Below, in pieces: positions 10,688 through 21,293 of a DNA stretch of 64,000 nt (position 1 is the first letter of the stretch; each line of letters begins with the position of its first letter). The stretch comes from an uncultured Syntrophorhabdaceae bacterium (GTDB lineage: Bacteria; Desulfobacterota; Syntrophorhabdia; Syntrophorhabdales; Syntrophorhabdaceae). The notes under the pieces are model-generated. The model was given only the letters and a program-made list of their open reading frames with translations, did not search any database and had not been told where the DNA came from. Location of the stretch: positions 2,458-66,457 of the forward strand of contig CAYSBW010000005.1 of the NCBI GenBank assembly GCA_964429485.1, read 5' to 3'. Position numbers and translations under genes: made by a program.

Positions 10688-11359
10688 CTAAAGAGATGTG
10701 CGCGGAAGATTTATTGTGTAACGTCTTTTCCGGGCGCTGATAATGCCTTTTTGAGTAAGGCTTTTCAACATCCTTGAGACAGTTTCACGTGAACACCCGC
10801 ATGAATTTGCTATCTCGATCTGGGTCGGGCCGTTTTCTATTATCAGATAATTTTTTATTTTAATACCGGTTTTTTCACCAATCTCAGTGAGATATCTCAG
10901 GATTCTCCCTTCAACACTTAAAAAGGCAAATCCTCTGATCCGTTCATCTGCAGCCCTTAGTCTTTTCGACAGTGTTTTTAGTACACTTATAGCTATTGCG
11001 GGGTTTTCCATAAAAAGTTTTAAAAGGTCAATTTTCTTAATAACTAAAAATTCTGAATCCTCAATGGTTATGATGTTCGCAGACCTTGGCAAGTCATCAA
11101 TTATGGAAAGTTCGCCGAAAAAACCATCTTTTCCTATAATGTCAAGAATATATTCTCTGCCTTCGTCGTCGTAAAGCGATACCTTAATCCTGCCGTTTAT
11201 AATAATATAAAGAGCATCCCCTTCATCCCCTTCCTGAAAAACCATATAACCTTTCGGATAATGTTTAAGCGTTGTTATCCTGGAGATTTCCGCTATCTCA
11301 TTGTATTCTAATGCTGAGAAGAGATTGACATTTTTTATATTATCGATATATTGCTTCAT
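10688..11359 (-). CDS. Crp/Fnr family transcriptional regulator
   Basis: cNMP-binding beta-barrel (FGELS..RSA) followed by a C-terminal HTH (SRETVSRMLKSL). ATGA overlap with the alaS stop. Confidence 0.85.
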   Translation of the reverse strand: MKQYIDNIKNVNLFSALEYNEIAEISRITTLKHYPKGYMVFQEGDEGDALYIIINGRIKVSLYDDEGREYILDIIGKDGFFGELSIIDDLPRSANIITIEDSEFLVIKKIDLLKLFMENPAIAISVLKTLSKRLRAADERIRGFAFLSVEGRILRYLTEIGEKTGIKIKNYLIIENGPTQIEIANSCGCSRETVSRMLKSLTQKGIISARKRRYTINLPRTSL

Positions 11360-13986
11360 AAGTGGCTATTCAATATTATCTCGATATCTTTTATTGCCTC
11401 TGTAAGTACTTCCGAAGGAACCCCGCCCTGTGCGATTTGAGGGCTTCCCCCACCCCTTCCTTTATATTTTTCTGAAATCTTTTTAACAATCCTGCCTGCA
11501 TTGTAACTATTCTGAATTTCCTTGCTTACTGCAACAACAAACATTCCCTTGGTTTCATCTTTTGTTCCAACCAGGGCAATGCAGTTTTTTGTCTTACTCC
11601 TTATTATATCTGTCATTTTCCTCAGGTCATCCGCTTTTGTATTTTCAACAAATATTGATACAATCTTCACGCCGTCTTTTTCTATAGCCTTTTTTAAGGC
11701 ATTGTCAATTCTGTAGGTAATGATCTCATTTTTAAGATTTTCTATTTCCTTTTCTTTATTCCGCAGATCTTCAATAATAGCCTCGACTCTTTCCAGAACT
11801 TTTGAAGTTTCAATATTGGATACCGCAGCAATTGAATTTATTATATGTTTTCTTTCCCTGTTGAGCTTAACTGCTCCTTCACCGGTAACAGCTTCTATTC
11901 TTCTTACGCCGGATGCAAGTGATCCCTCGCTTATAATGGAAAAGCTGCCAATTTCTCCTGTATTTTTTACATGGGTACCACCGCAAAGTTCTTTGCTGAA
12001 ATCGTCTATTTTTACAACCCGCACTGTTTCACCGTATTTTTCTTCAAACAGGGCTGTTGCACCTTCCCTGATAGCATCATCACGGGTTTTTATATCTGTG
12101 ATAACTTCTATGCATTCCATTATTTTTTTGTTTGCAATATTTTCAACTTCTGCAATTTCTTCATCGCTGATAGGCTGAAAATGTGTAAAATCGAAGCGCA
12201 ATCTGTCCTGGGTTACCAGTGAACCGGACTGTTTTACATGTGTTCCGAGGATCTGACGCAGAGCATATTGGAGAAGATGAGTGGCAGTATGGTTTCTTGC
12301 CACAGATTTGCGTCTTTTTCTATCAACAGACGAAAGGGCTTTATCTCCAGTCCTGAGAGTTCCTTCTTCAACTGTAACTCTGTGTGAAAAGAGATCTTCC
12401 TTTATTTTTTCAACGTTAATAACCTTTGCTTTTCCAGCCGGGGTTTCAATAATTCCACCATCCTCAACCTGACCACCGCTCCGGGCGTAAAAAGGTGTTA
12501 TATCAAAAAAAAGTCTCCCTTCTTCTCCTTTGTCGAGACTTTCAACTACACCCTGCCCTTTTACAATTTTTAAGATTGTGCTTTTTGCTTCCAGATCTTC
12601 ATATCCCACAAAGATATTTTTTGTGTCTGCTTTTAATATTGCAGCATACCCTTCATCAAGGATTTCACCTTTCATTTTTGATGAAGATTTTGACCTTTGT
12701 TTTTGTTCCTCCAGAGCCTCTGTAAAACCCTTCATGTCTACGGACAGGCCGTCTTCTTCTGCCATTTCCCTGGTAATATCAAGGGGAAATCCATGTGTGT
12801 CATAGAGCTTGTAAACAAGATCACCAGGCAGGGTGTATTTACCCTTTGATTTTATCTCATCGGCAATTTCTTCATATATTTTAAGGCCTATGCTTAGAGT
12901 TTCAATGAATCTTTCTTCCTCGCCTTTGAGAACTCTTACAATATAGGGATGATTACTTTTAATTTCAGGATAAACATCTTCCATAATGTCCACAACAGAA
13001 GCAGAGACTTTGTAGAGAAATTCTTTTTCTATACCTATTCTTTTACCGTATCTCAGTGCCCGGCGTATAATTCTCCTCAATACATAACCCCTGCCTTCTT
13101 TTGAAGGAAGAACCCCGTCATTTATAATAAAGGTTGCCCCCCTGACATGGTCTGCTATGACTCTCATGGCAATATCGGTGTTTTTATCGTTTCCGTATGT
13201 ATGTCCTGCAATATCACCTATTTTTCCAAGCACAGGCTGGAACAGATCTGTTTCATAATTTCCTGTTTTGCCCTGGAGAATAGAACAGATCCTTTCAAGA
13301 CCCATTCCGGTATCTATGGAGGGACGGGGCAATTTTGTCATTGCTCCGTCTTTTGATCTGTCAAATTCCATGAATACAAGATTCCAGATTTCAAGATATC
13401 TGTCGCAGTCACAGCCTGGCTTACACGAAGGTTTTCCACACCCCGTGCCTTCACCCATATCATAGAGTATTTCCGAACAGGGACCGCATGGACCTTCATC
13501 TCCCATGGACCAGAAATTGTCTTTCTCGCCAAGTCTGACAATCCTGTCCTCTCTGACCCCTGTTTCCTTCCAGATATTTGCCGCATCTTCATCCTTTTCA
13601 TATATGGTGATCCACATCCTGTTTTCGTCGAGCTCAAGAACATCCTTTAAAAATTCCCATGCATAAGCGATGGCTTCTTTTTTAAAATAATTTCCAAAGG
13701 AAAAGTTGCCGAGCATCTCGAAAAAAGTGTGATGTCTCAATGTTTTTCCAACGTTCTCAAGATCGTTATGTTTGCCTCCCGCCCTCACGCATTTTTGGCA
13801 GGAAGTTGCGGTGCTGTAGGGTCGTTGTTCAATGCCGAGAAAAGTGTTTTTGAACTGTACCATTCCGGCATTAACAAAAAGGAGAGTAGGGTCCTTGTCC
13901 GGGACCAGAGAGGAGCTTGGGACTATATTATGCCCCTTTGATGAAAAATAATTCAAAAATATCTTACGTATCTCTTTTGATGTCAC
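11356..13986 (-). CDS. alaS: Alanine--tRNA ligase
   Basis: 876 aa with N-terminal FLxFFxxKGH, the [17 protein letters not shown]-type motif (here [18 protein letters not shown]), an editing-domain HTATHLL motif and a C-terminal DHHA1 GGG motif. Confidence 0.95.
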   Translation of the reverse strand: MTSKEIRKIFLNYFSSKGHNIVPSSSLVPDKDPTLLFVNAGMVQFKNTFLGIEQRPYSTATSCQKCVRAGGKHNDLENVGKTLRHHTFFEMLGNFSFGNYFKKEAIAYAWEFLKDVLELDENRMWITIYEKDEDAANIWKETGVREDRIVRLGEKDNFWSMGDEGPCGPCSEILYDMGEGTGCGKPSCKPGCDCDRYLEIWNLVFMEFDRSKDGAMTKLPRPSIDTGMGLERICSILQGKTGNYETDLFQPVLGKIGDIAGHTYGNDKNTDIAMRVIADHVRGATFIINDGVLPSKEGRGYVLRRIIRRALRYGKRIGIEKEFLYKVSASVVDIMEDVYPEIKSNHPYIVRVLKGEEERFIETLSIGLKIYEEIADEIKSKGKYTLPGDLVYKLYDTHGFPLDITREMAEEDGLSVDMKGFTEALEEQKQRSKSSSKMKGEILDEGYAAILKADTKNIFVGYEDLEAKSTILKIVKGQGVVESLDKGEEGRLFFDITPFYARSGGQVEDGGIIETPAGKAKVINVEKIKEDLFSHRVTVEEGTLRTGDKALSSVDRKRRKSVARNHTATHLLQYALRQILGTHVKQSGSLVTQDRLRFDFTHFQPISDEEIAEVENIANKKIMECIEVITDIKTRDDAIREGATALFEEKYGETVRVVKIDDFSKELCGGTHVKNTGEIGSFSIISEGSLASGVRRIEAVTGEGAVKLNRERKHIINSIAAVSNIETSKVLERVEAIIEDLRNKEKEIENLKNEIITYRIDNALKKAIEKDGVKIVSIFVENTKADDLRKMTDIIRSKTKNCIALVGTKDETKGMFVVAVSKEIQNSYNAGRIVKKISEKYKGRGGGSPQIAQGGVPSEVLTEAIKDIEIILNSHL

Positions 13987-14993
13987 TTGTCACCTTTCTT
14001 TTTTAATTCGTAATATGCAGTTATCTTTTCGTAAATCTCGTTAGCTGCATCTTCATGTTTTTTCAGGTAATCTTTGGCATTTTCTCTGCCTTGTCCGATG
14101 CGTATATCCCCGTATGAATACCAGGTGCCGCTTTTTTCAACAATGCCTGCATCAACGCCAAGGTCAATCAAATCGCCTTCTTTTGATATACCAACTCCAA
14201 ATATGATATCAAATTCTGCTTCTTTAAATGGTGGTGCAACCTTATTTTTTACAACTTTTACCCTTGTCCTGTTTCCTACAACATCCTGGCCATCCTTGAT
14301 GGAGGCTATTCTCCTGATATCAAGTCTTACAGAGGAATAAAATTTCAGCGCATTCCCCCCCGTAGTGGTCTCAGGATTTCCAAACATTATACCTATTTTC
14401 TGCCTGATCTGGTTTATAAAAATAACAGTGGTCATTGATTTGCTGATTGTTGATGTCAATTTCCTCAATGCCTGTGACATAAGCCTTGCCTGCAAACCCA
14501 TATGGGCATCACCCATATCCCCTTCAATTTCTGCTCTTGGTACGAGTGCTGCCACAGAGTCAACCACAACGATGTCTACGCCACCGCTCCTTACGAGAAT
14601 TTCTGTAATTTCAAGAGCTTGTTCACCGGTATCAGGTTGAGAAATAAGGAGTTCATCTGTTTTAACGCCGATTTTGTTTGCATAGCTTATATCAAGGGCA
14701 TGTTCAGCGTCTATAAATGCGGCAGTTCCGCCAATTTTCTGGATTTCTCCAACGACCTGAAGCGCCAGCGTTGTTTTACCCGATGCTTCAGGACCGAAAA
14801 TCTCAATAACTCTTCCTCTTGGCAGGCCGCCTACGCCAAGAGCAATATCCAGTGCTATAGAACCTGTGGGTATAACAGGTATAACCTCTATGGGTTTTTC
14901 TCCGAGCTTCATGATGGAGCCTTTTCCGAAAAGTTTTTCTATATGGGATACAGCCATATCTATTGCCTTTGTCCTGTTTTCCTCTTCTTTCAC
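13983..14993 (-). CDS. recA: Recombinase A
   Basis: [14 protein letters not shown], Walker [10 protein letters not shown], and the [37 protein letters not shown] signature. GTG start overlaps the ligT stop (GTGA). Confidence 0.97.
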   Translation of the reverse strand: MKEEENRTKAIDMAVSHIEKLFGKGSIMKLGEKPIEVIPVIPTGSIALDIALGVGGLPRGRVIEIFGPEASGKTTLALQVVGEIQKIGGTAAFIDAEHALDISYANKIGVKTDELLISQPDTGEQALEITEILVRSGGVDIVVVDSVAALVPRAEIEGDMGDAHMGLQARLMSQALRKLTSTISKSMTTVIFINQIRQKIGIMFGNPETTTGGNALKFYSSVRLDIRRIASIKDGQDVVGNRTRVKVVKNKVAPPFKEAEFDIIFGVGISKEGDLIDLGVDAGIVEKSGTWYSYGDIRIGQGRENAKDYLKKHEDAANEIYEKITAYYELKKKGDK

Positions 14994-15619
14994 CTTATTA
15001 TACCTCCCCTTGTTACTGATAGACTTTTATCCCTGTTATAAGTGACATGGCCATCTTTGTAGTGCAATTTTTCTTTGCCTTTTAATTTTAAGTTCCATAC
15101 CGGAGTATAAAGAGCACCTTCACGCCTAAGTATGCTTTTAAAAAGTGTTATAGAGCCCGCAGTAAAATCTTTCCTTTCTATGTCCTTAAACGCCTTGCCA
15201 TGGACAGATCCGGGTATTTTCATCCTTCCCAGCGTGATATGAGGCGTGAAGGATCTTGTTTCTCTTTTGAAGCCTGAATAAGAGAGGCTTTCATCTATAT
15301 CATTGTATATGTTTTTTATGTTGTCAACTCCATTTTCCAATGTAGTTATAATAACCCTGGCTTTTCTTTTATCAGGAAAAGCATCGATATCTTTTGTTGT
15401 TACATCAAAAGGTGTGTATCTGTTTTCGATATAAGATATTGATTCCCAAATCTGCGATATTTTTTTATCCTCTATTTCTCCGAGAAATTTAAGTGTTATG
15501 TGCAGACCTGTCTTGTCGACCCAGTTAACTCCGTCAATGTGTAATGCCATAAGATTAGTTATATTTTTTAAATATTCCTTAATTTCATCGATAATCTCAA
15601 TTGCTAGAAATGCTCTCAT
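14990..15619 (-). CDS. thpR: RNA 2',3'-cyclic phosphodiesterase / 2'-5' RNA ligase family (2H phosphoesterase)
   Basis: Two HxT/S motifs (HITLKF and HITLGR) at the spacing expected for the LigT/ThpR fold. Confidence 0.8.
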   Translation of the reverse strand: MRAFLAIEIIDEIKEYLKNITNLMALHIDGVNWVDKTGLHITLKFLGEIEDKKISQIWESISYIENRYTPFDVTTKDIDAFPDKRKARVIITTLENGVDNIKNIYNDIDESLSYSGFKRETRSFTPHITLGRMKIPGSVHGKAFKDIERKDFTAGSITLFKSILRREGALYTPVWNLKLKGKEKLHYKDGHVTYNRDKSLSVTRGGIIR

Positions 15620-16098
15620 GAGAGTCTGCCTTCGATATAATCAAGAATGAAAGTTAAAGCAGCATCGGAAGTTTGTCTCTTTATTTCCTCTCTATCTCCC
15701 TTGAATGAAAAATGACGTACAAAATTTCCTATTTTGCATGAAAGTCCAATATAGACAGTTCCAACAGGTTTTTGAATAGTGCCGCCAGAAGGACCAGCAA
15801 TGCCTGTTACAGAGAGGCTTAAATCTACATCCGTTACTTTTCGGGCTCCTTCTGCCATTAATTCTGCGACTTCATGGCTTACAGCCCCTTTTTGTGCAAT
15901 AATATCTTCCGGAACAGCAAGAAAAATAGTTTTTGCCCTGTTGCTGTATGTTATGAAACCAGCTTCAAAGTATTCTGATGAGCCGCTTATATTCGTTATT
16001 CTGTTTGCTATTAGTCCTCCTGTGCAGGATTCGGCAGTGGCAATTTTCAGATTGTTCTGTTTTAAAAGAACTCCTGTTTTTTCTTCAAGTGTTACCAT
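15616..16098 (-). CDS. pncC: CinA C-terminal domain protein (PncC-like nicotinamide-nucleotide amidohydrolase)
   Basis: ATAESCTGGL...VTGIAGPSGG motifs typical of the CinA_C/PncC domain. 160 aa, stand-alone. Confidence 0.85.
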   Translation of the reverse strand: MVTLEEKTGVLLKQNNLKIATAESCTGGLIANRITNISGSSEYFEAGFITYSNRAKTIFLAVPEDIIAQKGAVSHEVAELMAEGARKVTDVDLSLSVTGIAGPSGGTIQKPVGTVYIGLSCKIGNFVRHFSFKGDREEIKRQTSDAALTFILDYIEGRLS

Positions 16099-16126
16099 GT
16101 TTTCCTTTGTATTTTAAAATTGTCTT

Positions 16127-16627
16127 TTATTTTTTTAATATTGCATATCCCAGACATATAACCATATTTGCGAAAATGCCTGCAAGAACATCATCAGCGA
16201 CAACGCCGTACCCTTTTTTAAAGCGCTCAACTTGTTTTACAGGATAGCATTTTATTATATCAAAAAACCTGAAGAGAATGAAACCAGTTATTATGTTTAG
16301 CAAATTAGCCTCATGCCCCGCCATTGTGACAGACATTCCCGCAAGTTCATCTATTACTATATAGGAAGGATCATCGTCGTGGTATTCCAAAATATTTATG
16401 CATAAAATTGAAACGGGAATCAGGCAGCAAAGAAAGATCATATTTATAAAAAAAGAACTGAAAGGGAAAAAGTAGAGGATAAAACATCCGAGAATTGATG
16501 CATATGTGCCTGGTGCACCAGGTAGGTAACCGACAAATCCACAGGTAACAATAAAAAGAAGAAAATTGTTTACTCTTCCTGATGAAAACTGTTTGGGCAA
16601 TAGTTTTTTATTATCAGTATTTTCCAA
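16127..16627 (-). CDS. pgpA: Phosphatidylglycerophosphatase A
   Basis: GFVGYLPGAPGTYASILG and the DELAGM-type motif. Small polytopic membrane protein. Confidence 0.8.
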   Translation of the reverse strand: MENTDNKKLLPKQFSSGRVNNFLLFIVTCGFVGYLPGAPGTYASILGCFILYFFPFSSFFINMIFLCCLIPVSILCINILEYHDDDPSYIVIDELAGMSVTMAGHEANLLNIITGFILFRFFDIIKCYPVKQVERFKKGYGVVADDVLAGIFANMVICLGYAILKK

Positions 16628-16740
16628 TTTGTTTTCTTTCTCCTGGAATTGGGATTATTTTAACAAAGAGAATGTCCAAAGTAAACCAGGATTCTTTTTT
16701 TGGTTGAACTATTATTTATGTTGGGCTAATTTAAGTGCAT

Positions 16741-17445
16741 ATGTCCAAGGAAATTAATCCCGACACCAGATATTCTTTCTGGTTTATTATCATTACAGTT
16801 ATATTTACCACCTGTTTGATTACGTCCAACATTACCGCTGTCAAGCTGGTGAGCATATATGGTCTTGTCATGCCTGCTGCCATAATTATTTTCCCTGTAA
16901 GCTACATTTTTGGTGATGTGCTTACTGAGGTGTATGGTTATCAAAGAGCCAGAACCGTGATTTGGCTGGGTTTTTTATGCAACCTGTTTTCTGTAATAAT
17001 CATCTGGCTGGGACAGACCATGCCTGCAGCTTCTTTCTGGGATGGACAGGCTGCCTATGAACGCATCCTGGGTTATGTACCGCGATTGCTTATAGCTTCT
17101 TTCATAGCCTACCTTGTTGGTGAATTTGCAAATTCTTATGTCCTTGCAAAGATGAAATGTGCAACAAAAGGCAGATGGCTATGGGCAAGAACTATCGGTT
17201 CAACACTCGTGGGACAGGGTTTGGATTCACTGGTTTTTATAGTGCTCGCATTTGCAGGTACAATACCTGCGTCAGGAATTGCGAGCGCCATTATAACCCA
17301 GTGGCTCATAAAGTCAGGATACGAGGTTTTATTAACACCGGTAACATACCGGGTCATTCTTTTCCTGAAAAACCGTGAAGGCATTGATTACTATGATTAC
17401 AAAACACGGTTCAATCCTTTCCTGATTACAGATGTTCAAAAGTGA
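16741..17445 (+). CDS. yhhQ: Queuosine precursor transporter (YhhQ / VUT family)
   Basis: The multi-TM protein carries TSNITAVK and FPVSYIFGDVLTEVYGY motifs characteristic of YhhQ/DUF165. The ORF track begins at GTG 16735, and ATG 16741 is preferred. Confidence 0.8.
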   Translation: MSKEINPDTRYSFWFIIITVIFTTCLITSNITAVKLVSIYGLVMPAAIIIFPVSYIFGDVLTEVYGYQRARTVIWLGFLCNLFSVIIIWLGQTMPAASFWDGQAAYERILGYVPRLLIASFIAYLVGEFANSYVLAKMKCATKGRWLWARTIGSTLVGQGLDSLVFIVLAFAGTIPASGIASAIITQWLIKSGYEVLLTPVTYRVILFLKNREGIDYYDYKTRFNPFLITDVQK

Positions 17446-17488
17446 CAGGAGCTCCTCTGATAAAAAAACATAAGATCATTGTTTTTAT

Positions 17489-18004
17489 TTAATCATTATT
17501 ATTTTTTTGAGCACCCTTTCCCCATGCGCGCCAGTTCATTCCTGTTTTCTTTTCCCAGTCGGACTCGAATTTATCGGTAAAAAAGCCATGCAATTTTTCA
17601 AAGAGACGTTTCCATCCTGACTCGAATTCATATTTTAAGACATCTTCCAGAAATGGAACGATTTCTCCAAGTTTTTCTTTAGGCAGATATGCTCTGGCAC
17701 CTTTGTCATAAGACTCCTTCAGTGCTTCCGCGCTTAATGCCCGGGCTGTGAGCATGGCAACCTTAAGATTCTTTTTTACAGCAATGTCGAGAAGTTTAAA
17801 TCCATTAACTCCCATGATGTCGAGTATAACAACATCATAATTATTGGATTCCAGTTTTGTTACCGCATCTTCGTATGTGGTGGCCTTATCTAAAGCGCAT
17901 TTTGGACAGGCATCCATTATTTCTTCTTCGAGAACTGTCAAAACATCGGGTTCATCATCAACTGCAAGTATTTTTTTACCGTTTAAAATAGATTCTTCTG
18001 CCAT
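17489..18004 (-). CDS. Response regulator, receiver domain with a short non-DNA-binding C-terminal tail
   Basis: REC signature: ILAVDDEPD, DVVILDIMG (the phospho-acceptor Asp) and MLTA. No recognisable HTH or enzymatic output domain in the last ~50 aa. Confidence 0.8.
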   Translation of the reverse strand: MAEESILNGKKILAVDDEPDVLTVLEEEIMDACPKCALDKATTYEDAVTKLESNNYDVVILDIMGVNGFKLLDIAVKKNLKVAMLTARALSAEALKESYDKGARAYLPKEKLGEIVPFLEDVLKYEFESGWKRLFEKLHGFFTDKFESDWEKKTGMNWRAWGKGAQKNNND

Positions 18005-18021
18005 AAAATGTTCCTCCTTTT

Positions 18022-18777
18022 TTATTTTATATTTTCATTGAGAGGGGGGATATGTATTGTAAAACATGCCCCCTCTCCTTTATAGCTTGACAAGTCGATG
18101 TTTCCGCTCATTGTTTCTAAAATAATTTTAACGCAGGAAAGACCGAAACCAAGACCTTTCATGCCACTATCTTCTTTGTTGTTTAGCTGAGAAAAACGAT
18201 TAAAAATAGCGTCCTGGTTTTCCTGTGCTATACCTGACCCGTCATTTCTGATTGCCACTATAAGCTCATCATCTCCGCTTATAGTAATTGAAACTTTTTC
18301 CTGCCGGAATTTGAGGGCATTAGTGATAAGGTTTCGCAATATCTGCTGAATTTTGTTTCTGTCATGATAGAAAGATGTTTTGCTGTATTTTCCTGTAATA
18401 TCAATGGTTATACCGTTTTCTTCGAGGAGTTGATTAAATTTATTTTCACCTATTTCATAGGATAATTTTTCTGCAATATCCGGTTTAATAAGTTCAATTG
18501 CCTCTATAATGGCATTTTTGAGTATATCCTGAATTGAAAATGAATCCTTTATGAACAATCCTTCTTCTGATCGGTAGACCTCAGTTATTTCGCTGATGAA
18601 AGCTTTTGCTTTTTTTACATTCCTCAAAGCCATATTCAAAGCTGCTTCCTGACGTTTTGTAATTGTGCCATATTTATCCTTTTTTTTAATGAGCCCATTT
18701 ATGCTTGTGGCTGCTATCGTCAACGGCCCTGCCATGTCATGGATCAATAAATCTATTAAGGATTCCTTCCTGTTCAT
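18022..18777 (-). CDS. Soluble histidine kinase lacking any sensor or TM domain
   Basis: H-box LIHDMAGPL begins at residue ~11. N box NLITNALKF, G1 RNDGSGI, F box IFNRF, G2 GLGFGLSCV. 4-nt overlap with the upstream lipoprotein gene. Confidence 0.8.
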   Translation of the reverse strand: MNRKESLIDLLIHDMAGPLTIAATSINGLIKKKDKYGTITKRQEAALNMALRNVKKAKAFISEITEVYRSEEGLFIKDSFSIQDILKNAIIEAIELIKPDIAEKLSYEIGENKFNQLLEENGITIDITGKYSKTSFYHDRNKIQQILRNLITNALKFRQEKVSITISGDDELIVAIRNDGSGIAQENQDAIFNRFSQLNNKEDSGMKGLGFGLSCVKIILETMSGNIDLSSYKGEGACFTIHIPPLNENIK

Positions 18778-19523
18778 TGTCTGTCACCCTGTCTGAAAGA
18801 GGTTTCCGGGTTTACACCGGCCTGGTCAGGGCCTACAGGGCTGGCTATATTCATAATAGCCTTATTGATATCTTTTATTAATTCTTCTGAAAGTCTGGAC
18901 ATATTAGCGCTCATGCCCTTTGCAAAACTTTCAGGTCTGTGTTCCCCGATCTGTTCCTGGAAATTATACTGTTTTTGAAATACCACCCTTCTGCTGGTAT
19001 CTTTCCTGTTTGTGTCAAGTAAAGAAACATTTGCACCAAGAATTGCCCTTATATTTTTATTGTCAGTTTCCTCCAAAAAATCCTGTATATGACCTTCAAC
19101 AATAAACCTTGGATTTTCTATATTATGATGTGAAAAAACATTGGCGAAAATATTGGCATTGCGCATATCACGAATAAGATAGTCAGTTACCATGTCAGCA
19201 GGGTTAACTCTCCATCTGCTGTAATTGTATGTCATGAATTTGAATGGATAAGATTTATAAACCATTGCCTGTGTATTAAAGGATTTATTTACAGAAAACC
19301 TCTCAACTTTTATCGGTTCTGACAGAGTAGCAAGACCTCCAGCAGCAGGGCATTTATACTCAAACATAAAATACTCAATTATGTAAGCCGGTTTTGATCT
19401 TGAAAGGCAACCGGTAATAGCAAGAACAAACAATAAAAATATGCTAATTTTACCAATCCTGTCAAGAATATACTTTTTTACAGGAGTCTCTCTCTTTTCC
19501 ATTCCTCTCTTTATCATTTCCAT
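18774..19523 (-). CDS. ABC-transport auxiliary lipoprotein (PqiC/YmbA-like, DUF330-type)
   Basis: Lipobox LAITGC. Sits immediately after the MCE gene, as in Pqi/Mla-like loci. Family assignment rests on size, context and weak recall. Confidence 0.55.
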   Translation of the reverse strand: MEMIKRGMEKRETPVKKYILDRIGKISIFLLFVLAITGCLSRSKPAYIIEYFMFEYKCPAAGGLATLSEPIKVERFSVNKSFNTQAMVYKSYPFKFMTYNYSRWRVNPADMVTDYLIRDMRNANIFANVFSHHNIENPRFIVEGHIQDFLEETDNKNIRAILGANVSLLDTNRKDTSRRVVFQKQYNFQEQIGEHRPESFAKGMSANMSRLSEELIKDINKAIMNIASPVGPDQAGVNPETSFRQGDRQ

Positions 19524-20446
19524 TACTTCCCCGAAGGTGGATTACTGAAAATTATATCAGATGGATCAGCATGCAGTCTTTCCAGCAGAGCATCAAGGGT
19601 TTCCGATGCGCGTCTCAAATTCTCGCTGGTAGCTTCCATTTCAGTTGATATCACCCGTGTCCTTTTTGCCATGGCATCTATTAACCGGCTTGCCTGTCCG
19701 GCAGTTCCGGAAAGATTCATTGCTTCTATTTCCCCGTCTATTCTGGAAATTACTTTTCTTGCGTCTGAAACTGCAGCTTTTGCTTCAACGATAATGCTGT
19801 CAACCTTACCATTCTCATCCATTGCATCAGCAATTATTTCGGATGCCTTTTCCAGATTAACAGCCACAATTGCCATGCTTGACATTATTTGTTTTATTTT
19901 TTTGTCACTCATCAGTGTTTCCACAGCTTTTGAAGTGTGCTTTATATGATCTGAAATTCCTTTAAAATCTATCTGCTTTGCTTGTTCCACAACCGCACGT
20001 ATTCCGGTAAATATCTGCTGTATTTCTGAGGGCATTGAGGGTATTACCGGATAATCAGGCTCGAATTCTATTTTTGGCGTGAGTTTTGCCTGTGAAGGCT
20101 TAATCCGTTCAAGCCCTACAAAAACCATGCCTGTTATGCCTGCCATTTCAAGTCTGGCTATAGTATTTTTTTCGAGATCACCCTTGAAATTTATTTTCAT
20201 GGTTACTTCTACAAGCTTGTTGTCCGGTGCAACTCCGATTTTTGTTACCCACCCTATATCAACGCCCTGGTATTTGACTTTGGAATCAATCTGTAATCCC
20301 TGGACAGACTCGTCAAAATATGTCACATAAACAGAACCTTTCTGAAAATATTTGGAAGCACCAACCCACACTATTGCACCTACAGCCAGAATAATGCCTA
20401 TTATAATGAAAATCCCGACAATAAAAACCGGTTTTTTTCTCGTCAT
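19523..20446 (-). CDS. MlaD/MCE family substrate-binding protein
   Basis: N-terminal TM anchor, then an MCE domain (VYVTYFDESVQGLQIDSKVKYQGVDIGWV), then a long helical C-terminus. Confidence 0.75.
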   Translation of the reverse strand: MTRKKPVFIVGIFIIIGIILAVGAIVWVGASKYFQKGSVYVTYFDESVQGLQIDSKVKYQGVDIGWVTKIGVAPDNKLVEVTMKINFKGDLEKNTIARLEMAGITGMVFVGLERIKPSQAKLTPKIEFEPDYPVIPSMPSEIQQIFTGIRAVVEQAKQIDFKGISDHIKHTSKAVETLMSDKKIKQIMSSMAIVAVNLEKASEIIADAMDENGKVDSIIVEAKAAVSDARKVISRIDGEIEAMNLSGTAGQASRLIDAMAKRTRVISTEMEATSENLRRASETLDALLERLHADPSDIIFSNPPSGK

Positions 20447-21268
20447 TTATATCCCTTTGTTTTTTTGATCCATTATCTGTCTGTTAAAAAATGTTTTAAC
20501 CCTCGGGTCTTTTGAATTTTCCTTCAGATCCAGAGGATTGCCTTCTGCTATTATACCTTTTTTGCTTTTATCAAGCATGATAATTCTATGTGCAATACTG
20601 AAAACAGATTCAAGTTCATGGGTTACAATAATCATTGTTGTTCCGGTTCCCCTGTTTATATTCTTGATCAGTAAATCAAGTTCAGCTGATGTTACAGGAT
20701 CGAGTCCTGCTGAAGGCTCATCAAAAAAAAGAACCTCTGGATCCAGAGCTAAGGCCCTTGCTATGCCTGCTCTTTTTTTCATGCCCCCTGACAATTCAGC
20801 AGGAAAATGATTTTCATATCCTTCAAGACCTACCATTCCGAGTTTCATCCTGACAATAAGATCCAGAAGTCCCTGAGGAAGATGTATATATTCCTGCAAG
20901 GGTAAGGCTATGTTCTCATAAAGTGTCATGGAACCGAAAAGTGCGCTTGATTGGAATAAAACTCCTGTTTTTTTTCTCAGTTTGGTAATTTCTTCATCGC
21001 CTGCAGTGGTTATGTCAATTCCGTTAATAATTACCCTTCCCGAAGCAGGTTCATGCAGTCCGATCATGTGTTTTAGCAGAGTTGATTTGCCGCAGCCACT
21101 CCCGCCAAGAATAATGAAAATTTCTCCTCTGGAAACCTTAAAACTGATATCTTCAAGGATAGTGTTTGTTCCGAAACTTGCCTTGAGACTTTCAACTCTT
21201 ATGATAGGGTCTCTGTTCGGAGAATGTCTTTGAGAGCAACTTCTCTCCGATATCCCGTTTTTTTCCAC
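20447..21268 (-). CDS. ABC transporter ATP-binding protein (MlaF-like)
   Basis: Walker A GGSGCGKST, signature LSGGMKKR and Walker B LFFDEP. Sits between the MlaE-like and MlaD-like genes. Confidence 0.85.
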   Translation of the reverse strand: MEKNGISERSCSQRHSPNRDPIIRVESLKASFGTNTILEDISFKVSRGEIFIILGGSGCGKSTLLKHMIGLHEPASGRVIINGIDITTAGDEEITKLRKKTGVLFQSSALFGSMTLYENIALPLQEYIHLPQGLLDLIVRMKLGMVGLEGYENHFPAELSGGMKKRAGIARALALDPEVLFFDEPSAGLDPVTSAELDLLIKNINRGTGTTMIIVTHELESVFSIAHRIIMLDKSKKGIIAEGNPLDLKENSKDPRVKTFFNRQIMDQKNKGI

Positions 21269-21293
21269 CTTTAGCGCTCCATCTTATATTTTT

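Noticed and set aside
16628-16740. Possible preQ1 riboswitch upstream of yhhQ, the queuosine precursor transporter, a gene class often controlled by preQ1-I/II.
   Set aside because: Only a short AACCA…TGGTT stem is present. The 3' tail is U-rich rather than the A-rich tail with the conserved CUA needed for the preQ1-I pseudoknot. I could not fit the consensus. An Infernal scan would settle it.
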